Source of the DNA: Bacteroidia bacterium
GTDB taxonomy: Bacteria; Bacteroidota; Bacteroidia; UBA7662
DNA length: 64,000 nucleotides
Direction of reading: 5' to 3'
NCBI GenBank assembly: GCA_049431025.1
Contig: JBMTCP010000008.1
Location: 7,105-71,104, forward strand
The notes below the pieces were generated by a model. The model did no database searches. It saw nothing but the letters and a program-made list of their open reading frames with translations, and was not told the origin of the DNA. Made by a program: the position numbers and the translations under genes. Of the stretch, positions 1-8,561 are shown one piece after another; within the stretch, counting starts at the first letter, position 1, and each line of letters starts with the position of its first letter.

Positions 1-55
1 TTTTTCTTCTATAAAACTTGATTATATAATTTCAATTTCTCAAATTCGTTGTCCA

Positions 56-436
56 ATGAACACCCCCGATAACCTACGCTATACCGCCGAACACGAATGG
101 GTCGAGCTCCAAGATGGAGTCGCTACCGTCGGAATCACCGACTTTGCCCAAAGGGAATTGGGTGATATTGTCTTTGTTGAGTTGGATAGCCTGGGTCGCA
201 CCCTTAATCAAAACGAAGTTTTTGGAACCGTAGAGGCGGTCAAAACCGTTTCTGACCTCTACATGCCCCTCTCCGGGGAAATCATTGCCGTTAACCCCGG
301 CATCAACAGCAATCCCGAATGGGTGAACCAAAACCCTTACGGGGATGGTTGGATGATTCGGATTCAAACCACGCAGCCCCAGGAATGGGAGGCCTTGATG
401 GATGCAGCCGTCTACAGGCAGCATACCGGTCAGTAG
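56..436 (+). CDS. gcvH: glycine cleavage system protein H
   Basis: 126 aa. Lipoyl-attachment region around VEAVKTVSDLY and overall length and sequence are typical of GcvH. Confidence 0.9.
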   Translation: MNTPDNLRYTAEHEWVELQDGVATVGITDFAQRELGDIVFVELDSLGRTLNQNEVFGTVEAVKTVSDLYMPLSGEIIAVNPGINSNPEWVNQNPYGDGWMIRIQTTQPQEWEALMDAAVYRQHTGQ

Positions 437-469
437 AGCCCGGCCCAGCCCCTTTAATCCTATCCTTCG

Positions 470-868
470 ATGCGATCCAGGGGAAAATCTTTGGTTTATT
501 ACATGATGCCATCGGCCTTTTGGTCGGTCGTGATGGCGGTCTTAATGTTCATTCCTGGTTCCGGGTATCCTTCCTTGTCCTTTTCGGGAACTGATCTCCT
601 GGTTCATGTTTTTTTGTTTGCTATTTGGGCCTTTTTGACCGCTCAGGGCCTGTACAAACAAGCCCACTGGCCTGCACTTCGCTTTTACCGTGGCTTTGCG
701 GTCGTTTTACTGGGGGTGCTTTGGGGGGTGGTTTTGGAATTGGTTCAGGGATTGTTGCTTTGGGAGCGTAGCGCTGGATTGGACGATTACCTCGCCGATA
801 TCGTGGGGATTTTTGGAGGTCTCTTTATTTTTGAGCGCTTGGTCAAGGTTAGCCGGGGTCGTCGATAG
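470..868 (+). CDS. VanZ-like family membrane protein
   Basis: 132 aa with four predicted hydrophobic helices and a VanZ-like LELVQ/DDYLADIVG core. Confidence 0.6.
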   Translation: MRSRGKSLVYYMMPSAFWSVVMAVLMFIPGSGYPSLSFSGTDLLVHVFLFAIWAFLTAQGLYKQAHWPALRFYRGFAVVLLGVLWGVVLELVQGLLLWERSAGLDDYLADIVGIFGGLFIFERLVKVSRGRR

Positions 869-948
869 TTCTATTTCTCGGGGAGGACGCTGATTAATTA
901 TTACGCAAAACAAGTTTGTTCAAAATTTGCGTTCTTTGTGGAAAGCTT

Positions 949-1614
949 ATGGAACTCAAGAAAAACCCCAAGGCAGACCTTAACCTCCAAAGGACTCTGT
1001 TTTTTCAGATCGGGCTTTGTGTAGCCCTGGCCGGTACCCTGTATGCCTTCAATTGGCGTGATGATGATGGAGAAGCTGCCAGTCTTGGCACCCTTCAAAT
1101 GGAGGACCTTACCGAAATGGAAATTCCCCAAACGGAACAAAAGGTAACGCCTCCGCCGCCTCCACCGCCTCCAACCTTGGAAGTCGTCGCTGACGAGGAG
1201 GTCATTGAAGAGGACGAAGTCGCGTCCACCGAAGTAACCCAGGAAACCCGTATTGAGGTTCCTGTCGTCGAATTAGAGGAAGAGGTCGCGTCCGAGCCCG
1301 AAATTTTTACGGTGGTTGAAGAAATGCCTTCTTTTCCGGGTGGTGACCAAGAATTGCTCAAATTCATGGCCGAAAACACCAAATACCCACCTTTAGCCCG
1401 TGAAAATGGCCTCCAGGGTATTGTCGTGGTCACCTTTGTTGTGGACGAGCGCGGTCGAATTGACAAAGTTCAGGTGCTCCGTGGTATCGGTGGCGGTTGC
1501 GATGAAGAGGCTGTCCGCGTGGTCAAAGCCATGCCGCAGTGGAGAGCAGGTAAACAGCGTGGGATGCCGGTTAGGGTTCAATACAATTTGCCCTTCCGAT
1601 TTACCCTTCGCTAA
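949..1614 (+). CDS. energy transducer TonB (C-terminal TonB domain protein)
   Basis: N-terminal TM anchor, a PPPPPPPP proline-rich spacer and an acidic linker. The C-terminal TonB domain reads MPSFPGGDQELLKFMAENTKYPPLARENGLQGIVVVTFVVDERGRI...RFTL. An alternative in-frame start lies at 916. Confidence 0.8.
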   Translation: MELKKNPKADLNLQRTLFFQIGLCVALAGTLYAFNWRDDDGEAASLGTLQMEDLTEMEIPQTEQKVTPPPPPPPPTLEVVADEEVIEEDEVASTEVTQETRIEVPVVELEEEVASEPEIFTVVEEMPSFPGGDQELLKFMAENTKYPPLARENGLQGIVVVTFVVDERGRIDKVQVLRGIGGGCDEEAVRVVKAMPQWRAGKQRGMPVRVQYNLPFRFTLR

Positions 1615-1630
1615 CGAAGGGCGCTTTTTG
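1604..1630. terminator. rho-independent-type hairpin (CCCTTCG-CTAA-CGAAGGG) followed by CGCTTTTTG, between convergent tonB-like and sodA genes
   Basis: Perfect 7-bp stem, 4-nt loop and T-run read directly from the sequence. The tonB stop codon lies in the loop. Confidence 0.5.
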
Positions 1631-1685
1631 ATCAACGACAAAGGGCGGTTCGCATCCTGGTCAGCGGGCTCCTCGAGAGCCGCTA

Positions 1686-2438
1686 TTAGCGGCTCGCTTG
1701 GGCAAAGCGGGATGAGACCTCATCCCAGTTCAAAACATTCCAAAAAGCATTCACGTAATCCGCTCTGCGGTTTTGGAATTTCAAGTAATAGGAATGTTCC
1801 CAAACATCCAAACCCAACAGGGGAAAGCCCCCACATCCGTTTTGTTTTTCGGTATCCATGAGCGGATTGTCCTGGTTGGCGGTTGAGCACAAATGCAGCG
1901 CTCCGTCCTTGTAACACAGCCAGGCCCAACCGCTTCCAAACCTGGCCATTGCGGCCTTGGAAAATTGCTCTTTCAGGGCCTCCACGGTTCCAAAGCTTTT
2001 TTGGATTGCGGCCATAAGGGGCTCGGATGGACTTGTACCTGCTTGGGGGGTAAGGATTTTCCAAAACAGCGAATGGTTGTAATGACCGCCTCCGTTATTG
2101 CGTACGGCCACGGGTAGGGACGAAATCATCCCCATCAATTCCTCCAACGAACGATCCGCGTGGGGCGTTCCGGTCAATGCAGCATTGAGGTTGTTGACAT
2201 AAGCTGCATGGTGTTTGGAATGATGAATTTCCATAGTCATGGCATCAAAATGGGGCTCCAAAGCATTGTAGGCGTAGGGTAGGGCGGGGAGTTCGAAAGA
2301 CATGGTAGTGTTAAAGTTTGATGGTGAAGTTGGATTTGTAGCGGCATCTTGGGCCTTCAAAAGCCCACCAAAGCGTGGAAAGACGAGGAGGCCCGTGAGC
2401 CCCATCAAAGTCTTTTGTATCCAATCGCGGCGGTTCAT
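1686..2438 (-). CDS. sodA: superoxide dismutase, Mn-type, with twin-arginine (Tat) signal peptide
   Basis: Fe/Mn SOD signatures ([14 protein letters not shown]). The Mn-type discriminators [11 protein letters not shown] and NQDNP are present. The N-terminus [19 protein letters not shown] resembles a Tat signal. Confidence 0.85.
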   Translation of the reverse strand: MNRRDWIQKTLMGLTGLLVFPRFGGLLKAQDAATNPTSPSNFNTTMSFELPALPYAYNALEPHFDAMTMEIHHSKHHAAYVNNLNAALTGTPHADRSLEELMGMISSLPVAVRNNGGGHYNHSLFWKILTPQAGTSPSEPLMAAIQKSFGTVEALKEQFSKAAMARFGSGWAWLCYKDGALHLCSTANQDNPLMDTEKQNGCGGFPLLGLDVWEHSYYLKFQNRRADYVNAFWNVLNWDEVSSRFAQASR

Positions 2439-2471
2439 TATTAAGGTCCAGGTTCAATCGGTTTTTGTAAT

Positions 2472-2507
2472 ATCAAGTGAGCTCTGTCAAAATTAAACGC
2501 ACTTGAT
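2472..2507. promoter_or_regulatory. perfect 8-bp inverted repeat ATCAAGTG-N20-CACTTGAT (with nested ACGCA-N5-TGCGT) in the divergent sodA/metal-transporter intergenic region; candidate operator
   Basis: Read directly from the sequence. Its position between divergently transcribed metal-related genes suggests a metalloregulator site. Confidence 0.3.
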
Positions 2508-2643
2508 GCGTACAAAGTTCATTCGGCGATTAGATTTGGATAAACCATTGAGACGCCGACTTGCGTTAAATTCTATTGAAAGTAGGGTTGGGTGAGGGGT
2601 TGTTTTTTTAGACACAACTAAATTACCTTTGGGTCTTGATGTT

Positions 2644-4500
2644 ATGATGTTGGTGTCCCCTTGTTTAAGGTTTCGGCTTCGCTGGGTTGGGTTCCTGGGT
2701 TGGGGGCTTTTACTCCTGACGGAGCTCCACAGCGCGGTAGCCGCCGAAATCAGCCAAGGAAGCAAAGTCGTCCAAGGGAATCCGCCACGGGTCGTTGCAA
2801 CCACCGGGTTTTTGGCGGATATCGCGTCACAAATAGCGGGTCCTTCGGCCCTTGTGGTTTCCTTGCTTCCGCAGGGTTCCGATCCTCACCGTTACGATGC
2901 CGTTCCTAACGACACCAAAAGGCTTGCCGAAGCCGATTTGATTATCCAAAACGGTCTCAACCTGGAAGGCTGGCTGGACAAACTCATTGCCCAGGCCGCA
3001 AGCAAGGCTCAAAAAGTGACTGCGAGCGATGGAATCGCTGCCCTCAGCGACCCCCAGCACCCCGGCTCCTACGATCCGCACGCGTGGATGGATCCCGTGC
3101 TGGGGCGGGTTTATGCCCGCAATATTTACCGCGCCCTCTTGGCCCTTTGTCCCAATGATTCAATAAACCTAACCCGTCGTTGGTCAGATTATGATCAGCG
3201 CTTGGTGGCTCTGCACGAGGAATGCGATGCCTTGCTCCGTACGGTTCCCGATAAGTTCCGGGTCTTGGCCACGAACCATGACGCATTTCGGTATTTTGCA
3301 GCAAGGTATCGTTTTCGGGTGGTTTCTTTGTTGGGTACAAGTACGGATGCCGATGTACGAACCTCCGATGTTTTGCACATGAAACAAGTGGTTCTTCAAA
3401 ACGATTTACCCTGTGTTTTTGTGGAGGCCAATCTGAATCCCAAAATGTTACAACAAATTGCACAGGATGCGGGTTGTCGTTTGGGGCCCGCACTGTATGC
3501 GGACAGCATGGGTCCTCCAGGCAGTGGGGCGGATTCCTATACCGGTATGTTGTCCAGCAATGCGAGGGTTTTGGCATCCTCGCTGGGAGGCAAAGGGACC
3601 CCAAACAGGACCTCGGACCATTCGGCGCCGGTTTCGGTGTTTTGGGTTTTGAGCTTAATGCTCCCTGCAGGGGCTTTTTTGGCCTGGTCTTTGCGGCCAT
3701 CGCGCTCTGCTAACGCGATTTCCACCGGCCCTAACGAAGACAAACCGGGTCCGCGATTACGGGTTCAGGATCTTAGCGTAACCTACGATCGTAAGTCGGT
3801 CCTGAATGCTTTTTCGGCGGAATTCCATGAGGGATTGTGTTACGGTATATTAGGGCCGAACGGAGCCGGAAAGTCCACGTTATTCAAGGCGATTCTGGGA
3901 TTGAACGAGCCGGACCACGGTAACATTGAATACCGGCAAGAGCCGGTAAGGGTTTCCCCAAGGCGCATCGCTTATGTTCCCCAAAAAGGTATGGTGGACT
4001 GGGACTTTCCGGCCACCGTCCAAGACATCGTTCAAATGGGACGATTGCCGTGGCGGGGGGCCGGGCGACCCCTGGGTCGCGCGGACCTGCGGTCCGTCCA
4101 GGAAGCCCTGGAAGCCCTGGAGTTGGTGGACCTGCGCCACCGTCCCCTCAACCAACTTTCCGGGGGGCAGCAACAAAGGGTCTTCCTGGCCCGGGCCCTC
4201 GCCCAAGAAGCCGAAACCCTCTTGTTGGATGAGCCCTTCGTGGGGGTGGATGCCGCCACCGAGGCCAAAATTGTGGAAATACTCCATCGGTTTACCCGGG
4301 AACAAGGGGGCTTGGTGCTCATGATCCACCACGACCTTCAAAGGGCCAACACCTATTTTGATGAGGTCCTATTGATAAACCAACGCCTCATTGCCCAAGG
4401 CCCCCCGGAAGAGATTCTGGTCGAATCCAACCTGCTCAAGGCCTTTTCGGGGGTGGACCCCGGCTACGCAGACGCCGCCCAATACCGCAACAAACGCTGA
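2644..4500 (+). CDS. fused metal ABC transporter: periplasmic substrate-binding protein (TroA/ZnuA cluster A-I) - TM helix - ABC ATPase (ZnuC/MntB-like)
   Basis: Signal peptide MMLVSPCLRF...HSAVA. SBP motifs DPHRYDA, DPHAWMDP, NHDAFRYF. Hydrophobic segment VSVFWVLSLMLPAGAFLAWSL at about 3630-3695. The NBD carries Walker A GPNGAGKST, signature LSGGQQQRV and Walker B LLLDEP. There is no in-frame stop between the domains. The ORF track starts at TTG 2629; the first ATG is at 2644. Confidence 0.75.
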   Translation: MMLVSPCLRFRLRWVGFLGWGLLLLTELHSAVAAEISQGSKVVQGNPPRVVATTGFLADIASQIAGPSALVVSLLPQGSDPHRYDAVPNDTKRLAEADLIIQNGLNLEGWLDKLIAQAASKAQKVTASDGIAALSDPQHPGSYDPHAWMDPVLGRVYARNIYRALLALCPNDSINLTRRWSDYDQRLVALHEECDALLRTVPDKFRVLATNHDAFRYFAARYRFRVVSLLGTSTDADVRTSDVLHMKQVVLQNDLPCVFVEANLNPKMLQQIAQDAGCRLGPALYADSMGPPGSGADSYTGMLSSNARVLASSLGGKGTPNRTSDHSAPVSVFWVLSLMLPAGAFLAWSLRPSRSANAISTGPNEDKPGPRLRVQDLSVTYDRKSVLNAFSAEFHEGLCYGILGPNGAGKSTLFKAILGLNEPDHGNIEYRQEPVRVSPRRIAYVPQKGMVDWDFPATVQDIVQMGRLPWRGAGRPLGRADLRSVQEALEALELVDLRHRPLNQLSGGQQQRVFLARALAQEAETLLLDEPFVGVDAATEAKIVEILHRFTREQGGLVLMIHHDLQRANTYFDEVLLINQRLIAQGPPEEILVESNLLKAFSGVDPGYADAAQYRNKR

Positions 4501-4501
4501 A

Positions 4502-5851
4502 ATGGAAGCCCTGGAAACGACCTGGACCCTTTGGGACTACCTCCAACAGCCTTATTTTCAAAGGGCCCTTGGGGCAGCGATTATGGCCGGCACCGCCTGC
4601 GCCCTTTTGGGTTGTTTTATGGTGTTACGAAACATGGCCCTGATTGGCGATGCGCTTTCGCACGCCATACTGCCGGGGGTTGTGGTGGGTTTTATGATTG
4701 CAGGTCATAGTTTACTTGCCTTTTTTGTTGGTTCCGTTATGGCCGGTTTGTTCGCGGCAGTGCTGATTGCCTGGTTGCAAAACCGGGGTGGGGCTCGAAA
4801 CGACGCCGCTATCGGAATTGTTTTTTCGGCAATGTTCGCTTTGGGTGTTATCGGGATTTCTACACTTACCCGGCGTGAAGGGGTACACCTGGACATGAAA
4901 GATTTTTTGTTTGGTAATGTGTTAGGAATTGGTCAAGATGATTTGGTTTTGTCTGCCCTGGTTTTGGTTTTCGATGTCTTTTGTATTGGGGTGTTTTTGC
5001 CTTATTTCTTTGCCTCCGCATTTCAGGCCGATGTTGCCCAAACCATGGGAATCCCTACCCGTATTCTGCATTATTTCACCGTTTGGATGCTTAGCCTGAC
5101 GGTGGTGGCTTCCTTGCAATCGGTGGGCGTCATTTTGGTCGTATCCATGCTTATCGTACCTGCTTCCACGGCTTTGATCATGAGCCATAAACTACAAAAA
5201 GTCCTGCTTTGGGCTATGGGCTTAGGGGCCTTTAGTTCGGCCAGCGGGCTTATGGCCTCGGTCTATTGGGATACCGCGCCCGGTCCGGCGATCACCCTTA
5301 CCGCCACATTCCTGTACCTTATCGTTTTGGTGGGCCATCCCCAAAGAGGATTATGGCCCCAAAAGATGCGTAAAGCCCTTCGAATCTGGCAACATTGGGC
5401 CGAAGATTTTATCAAAGCCCTGCATCGTAACCCGGATTATAACAACAAACAAATCCAAGACGAATTGGGATGGAGCCCAAGAATCCTTTACCTCTCTCTG
5501 CTTTATTGCCGTAACAAAGGATGGATTCTTACCGATTCCAAGAACAAATCGCAATCGGCCCTCACCCCAACCGGGCTCCAGAAAGCCTTGAATATGGTTA
5601 GGGCCCACCGGCTCTGGGAAAGTTATTTGGCCCAAAAGCAAGGCTTTGAACCGCATCAATTGCATTGGTTGGCCGAGAAGGATGAACACGTGCTACCCCA
5701 AGAGTTTTTGGATCAAATCGACCAACGCCTGGGATTCCCCGATTTGGATCCCCACGGCTCACCCATACCACGAAACGAAGCCCATCCAAGCCCAAAGCCA
5801 CCATCAGCTCCAACGGGCTTCGACCCATCAGCCGCTCGTAAAGGCCTCTAA
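4502..5851 (+). CDS. fused ABC-3 family metal permease (ZnuB/MntC/TroC-like) - DtxR/MntR-family metalloregulator (HTH plus metal-binding dimerisation domain)
   Basis: The N-terminal roughly 280 aa is a multi-TM permease (LGCFMVLRNMALIGDALSHAILPGVV). The C-terminal roughly 170 aa has a winged helix (NKQIQDELGWSPRILYLSLLYCRNKGWIL...LTPTG) and a DtxR-like VRAHRLWESYL...EKDEHVLPQEFLDQIDQRLGFPDLDPHGSPIP. The ATG at 4502 follows the upstream stop directly. Confidence 0.75.
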   Translation: MEALETTWTLWDYLQQPYFQRALGAAIMAGTACALLGCFMVLRNMALIGDALSHAILPGVVVGFMIAGHSLLAFFVGSVMAGLFAAVLIAWLQNRGGARNDAAIGIVFSAMFALGVIGISTLTRREGVHLDMKDFLFGNVLGIGQDDLVLSALVLVFDVFCIGVFLPYFFASAFQADVAQTMGIPTRILHYFTVWMLSLTVVASLQSVGVILVVSMLIVPASTALIMSHKLQKVLLWAMGLGAFSSASGLMASVYWDTAPGPAITLTATFLYLIVLVGHPQRGLWPQKMRKALRIWQHWAEDFIKALHRNPDYNNKQIQDELGWSPRILYLSLLYCRNKGWILTDSKNKSQSALTPTGLQKALNMVRAHRLWESYLAQKQGFEPHQLHWLAEKDEHVLPQEFLDQIDQRLGFPDLDPHGSPIPRNEAHPSPKPPSAPTGFDPSAARKGL

Positions 5852-6906
5852 AGAGTCGTTCCTGCTGCGATTTCGCCTTTGTTGGCCAATTGGCCGCAGG
5901 CGGCATCGATATCCCGGCCCCGGCTGCGACGAAAACTGCAGGTAATTCCTGCATCCTCCAGGGCTTCGGTATAAGCTGCAATGGCCGATGGATGAGCCTG
6001 CTTCAAATGATCCTCGCCCACGCTGTTGTATTCGATCAAATTCACCTTGCTTGGAAATTTCCGTGCAAAACGAACCAAAGCGCGTACGTCTTCTTCCCCA
6101 TCATTCACGCCCTCCCAGACCACGTATTCCAAGGTAACTCGGCTCTTGGTTTGCTGGTACCAATACGACAAAGCAGCTTCCAAATCGGACAGCGTATTCG
6201 TTTCGTTAATGGGCATGAGGCGACTTCGCTTGGACTCAATGGCTGAATGCAGGGAAAGGGCTAATTTGAAGCGAACCTTTTCGTCCGCCATTTGACGGAT
6301 CATTTTGGCTACTCCCGCCGTGCTTACGGTTATTCGTCGGGGAGAAAGCCCCAAGCCTGTGGGAGAGGTTATTTTTTCGATGGCCTCCAACGTGTTACGG
6401 TAATTGAGTAAGGGTTCACCCATACCCATAAACACAATATTGGTCAAGGGCCTTCCCAGGGTTTCTTGCGCCTGCTTCTGGATTGCAACCACTTGATCAT
6501 AAATCTCATCGGGATTCAAATTCCGCATTCTTTTCATCCGAGCCGTTGCACAAAACGTACAACCCAGGCTGCAACCCACCTGGGATGACACACAAGCGGT
6601 GATGCGGGTGGGTGTTGGAATCATCACCGACTCCACCACCAAACCATCGTGCAGGGTTAATGCGTTCTTGATCGTGCCATCCTTGCTGTATTGGGAGTGC
6701 TGAACCTTGAGGTTACGTATTTCAAAATGTTCTTCCAGGCGGTTTCTCAAGGCCAACGATAAATTGGTCATATCGCCAATTTGGGTTGCCCCCTTGTTCC
6801 ATAACCATTCGTAAACCTGCCTGGCTCGGTAAGCGGGCTCCCCCCATTCGGCCAAGCGCTGGGTTAATTCCTCCAAACGAAGGCTTCGGATATCGGTTTT
6901 GGTCAT
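5848..6906 (-). CDS. rlmN: 23S rRNA (adenine2503-C2)-methyltransferase RlmN (radical SAM)
   Basis: CxxxCxxC radical SAM motif GCSLGCTFCATA and an overall RlmN/Cfr-like sequence. The start was chosen at the Met whose ATG overlaps the upstream gene stop by 1 nt. An alternative start lies at 6933. Confidence 0.85.
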   Translation of the reverse strand: MTKTDIRSLRLEELTQRLAEWGEPAYRARQVYEWLWNKGATQIGDMTNLSLALRNRLEEHFEIRNLKVQHSQYSKDGTIKNALTLHDGLVVESVMIPTPTRITACVSSQVGCSLGCTFCATARMKRMRNLNPDEIYDQVVAIQKQAQETLGRPLTNIVFMGMGEPLLNYRNTLEAIEKITSPTGLGLSPRRITVSTAGVAKMIRQMADEKVRFKLALSLHSAIESKRSRLMPINETNTLSDLEAALSYWYQQTKSRVTLEYVVWEGVNDGEEDVRALVRFARKFPSKVNLIEYNSVGEDHLKQAHPSAIAAYTEALEDAGITCSFRRSRGRDIDAACGQLANKGEIAAGTTL

Positions 6907-8561
6907 TAGCGCCAACGAAGTTCGGTGGTCCAACCGGGTTTGAGCTCCAAATTACGGCTAATCCAACGGACTGTTTCCGGTTGGCGCCCCTCACGGTAAC
7001 GACCGGCATCCCATTCGCCGTTGTTGTTGCGGTCCTCCAGGACCGAAACCTTGTACAGGCCCGGCAAAATACCTTCCAGCGCATGAAGCGTCAATCCTTC
7101 TTCGCGGCTCTTGTAAACCAAGCGCTCCACCAGCTGATCGTCCATGGTCCAAACACTTAAAACCAAGGACCCCGACCTATCCCATTCGTCCAAAGCCGTA
7201 TCCAGGCCCAAAACCAAAGCGGCGCGCTCCCCCTCTTGACCCCAGTCGGCCTGATAGGGCCCGCTCTCGCGATCGTTACCATCCACAAATGCCCCGCTAT
7301 CCACACGCAAGCGCCATTCGGCGGCCAACTTCTTGTCCGTTTCCGGAGCCAACGCATACCATTCCTTTCCGGCAGATCCATAAGGTGTTCGACCCTCGGC
7401 ATCTCGTTTCCAAACCACGGCCTTCTCGCCTTTTTGGGCATGCTGCCAGCAAGCCAAAGACTTTCCATCTTGGTAATGAACCGGACGGTCCCATACCAAT
7501 CGCCGCTCCATCGCATGAACCGCCGGACCCCACGAAACGACTTTGGGTCCCATAACCCGGCCCAAGGCCTCTTGCTTCGGGTCCTTTCCTTCTTCCTGCG
7601 AATGGAGTTCAGTCAACAGGGTATCCGTGCCCTGTGGAAAGACCACCCGCAAAGCAAAAGACGATTCCCCCTGGGGGGGCACCGAAACCCAAAGAGTATC
7701 CCCCGAAACCCGTGTTTGGGCGCCGTAAATCAAAAGGCCGTCCTCGTTAACCGCCCTAACCTTGATCGCATAGGGTTTCCCATAAAAAACCAAGGCCAGG
7801 GAGCCATCCTCGGACCATTTCCAACGACGGAGCCGGGTAGAGGCCTCTTCGTCCTGAGCGAAAAGCGGCAGCAAAACCGCCGTATCAACGGTTGGATCCA
7901 AAAAGCCCGTAAAGGCTTTGGGTTGGTCGGGCCCATAGGCCTTATCCCGTTCCGGGTCTTCAAAAGCTACCAGTCGGTATATGCGCGTTGGCAGATTGCG
8001 AAAAACAAAGCGACCAGAATCATCGGCCAAGGTCCAACGCAAGGGCATAACGGACTCCGAACGATCTGCGTAAAGGCCGACTGTCAAATTTTTGACGGGC
8101 ATCCCGCTGCGGGCATCCCGAATGCGGCCCTGCAACGACAACGAATCCAAATAGGTCCCCGTTGAAAAAGCATAGGTAAGTTTTGATAACACATTTCCTT
8201 CGGTAAGGTCGGAGACAGCCCCACCCAAATCCACGCTGTACGTTGATGCTTCCTCCAAAGAATCGGAATCCAAAATCAAATACACCCGCTTGAGCCTGGT
8301 TCTCAATTCGTTACGACCCCTAGGGACCAAGCCCCACCGAACCAGGCCGGGGTCTTTGACCTGAACATATTCATCAAATTCAAAAACCAATCGGTCCGGC
8401 CTTTGTCCTACACTTTGATCGGGTGGGGTAACTCGGATTAATCGGGGTGGGGTTTGGTCTTTGGCCCCCCCATCCGGAGGCACAATGTTAGCGCAAGCGT
8501 TAAAAAGCAGGAGCAACAGCGAACCAAGAACCCAACGCATGCCTGCCCAATAATTCCTCAA
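6906..8561 (-). CDS. lipoprotein with N-terminal bacterial Ig-like domain, function unknown
   Basis: Signal peptide plus lipobox LLLLLFNAC. The N-terminal PPRLIRVTPPDQSV...LVFEFDEYV resembles Big_5/SbsA-type Ig-like domains. No catalytic motif recognised. Confidence 0.5.
   Translation of the reverse strand: MRNYWAGMRWVLGSLLLLLFNACANIVPPDGGAKDQTPPRLIRVTPPDQSVGQRPDRLVFEFDEYVQVKDPGLVRWGLVPRGRNELRTRLKRVYLILDSDSLEEASTYSVDLGGAVSDLTEGNVLSKLTYAFSTGTYLDSLSLQGRIRDARSGMPVKNLTVGLYADRSESVMPLRWTLADDSGRFVFRNLPTRIYRLVAFEDPERDKAYGPDQPKAFTGFLDPTVDTAVLLPLFAQDEEASTRLRRWKWSEDGSLALVFYGKPYAIKVRAVNEDGLLIYGAQTRVSGDTLWVSVPPQGESSFALRVVFPQGTDTLLTELHSQEEGKDPKQEALGRVMGPKVVSWGPAVHAMERRLVWDRPVHYQDGKSLACWQHAQKGEKAVVWKRDAEGRTPYGSAGKEWYALAPETDKKLAAEWRLRVDSGAFVDGNDRESGPYQADWGQEGERAALVLGLDTALDEWDRSGSLVLSVWTMDDQLVERLVYKSREEGLTLHALEGILPGLYKVSVLEDRNNNGEWDAGRYREGRQPETVRWISRNLELKPGWTTELRWR

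Noticed and set aside
1-55. Possible promoter upstream of gcvH (TTG...TATAATTTC)
   Set aside because: It is too close to the window edge and too degenerate to call; no -33/-7 spacing could be verified.
2629-2643. TTG start given by the ORF track for the SBP-ATPase gene
   Set aside because: The in-frame ATG at 2644 yields a better signal peptide. A TACCTTTG element (Bacteroidetes -7-like) at 2624-2631 would lie inside the coding sequence if TTG 2629 were used.
3044-3700. 218-aa reverse-strand ORF inside the SBP-ATPase gene
   Set aside because: It is antisense to a well-supported coding region. Its composition is Arg/Pro/Gly-rich, typical of GC-rich antisense frames, and it has no motif.
4391-4501. 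Upstream extension of the permease ORF overlapping the ATPase domain
   Set aside because: It is in a different frame from the confirmed ATPase coding region. The permease has a clean ATG at 4502 directly after the upstream stop.
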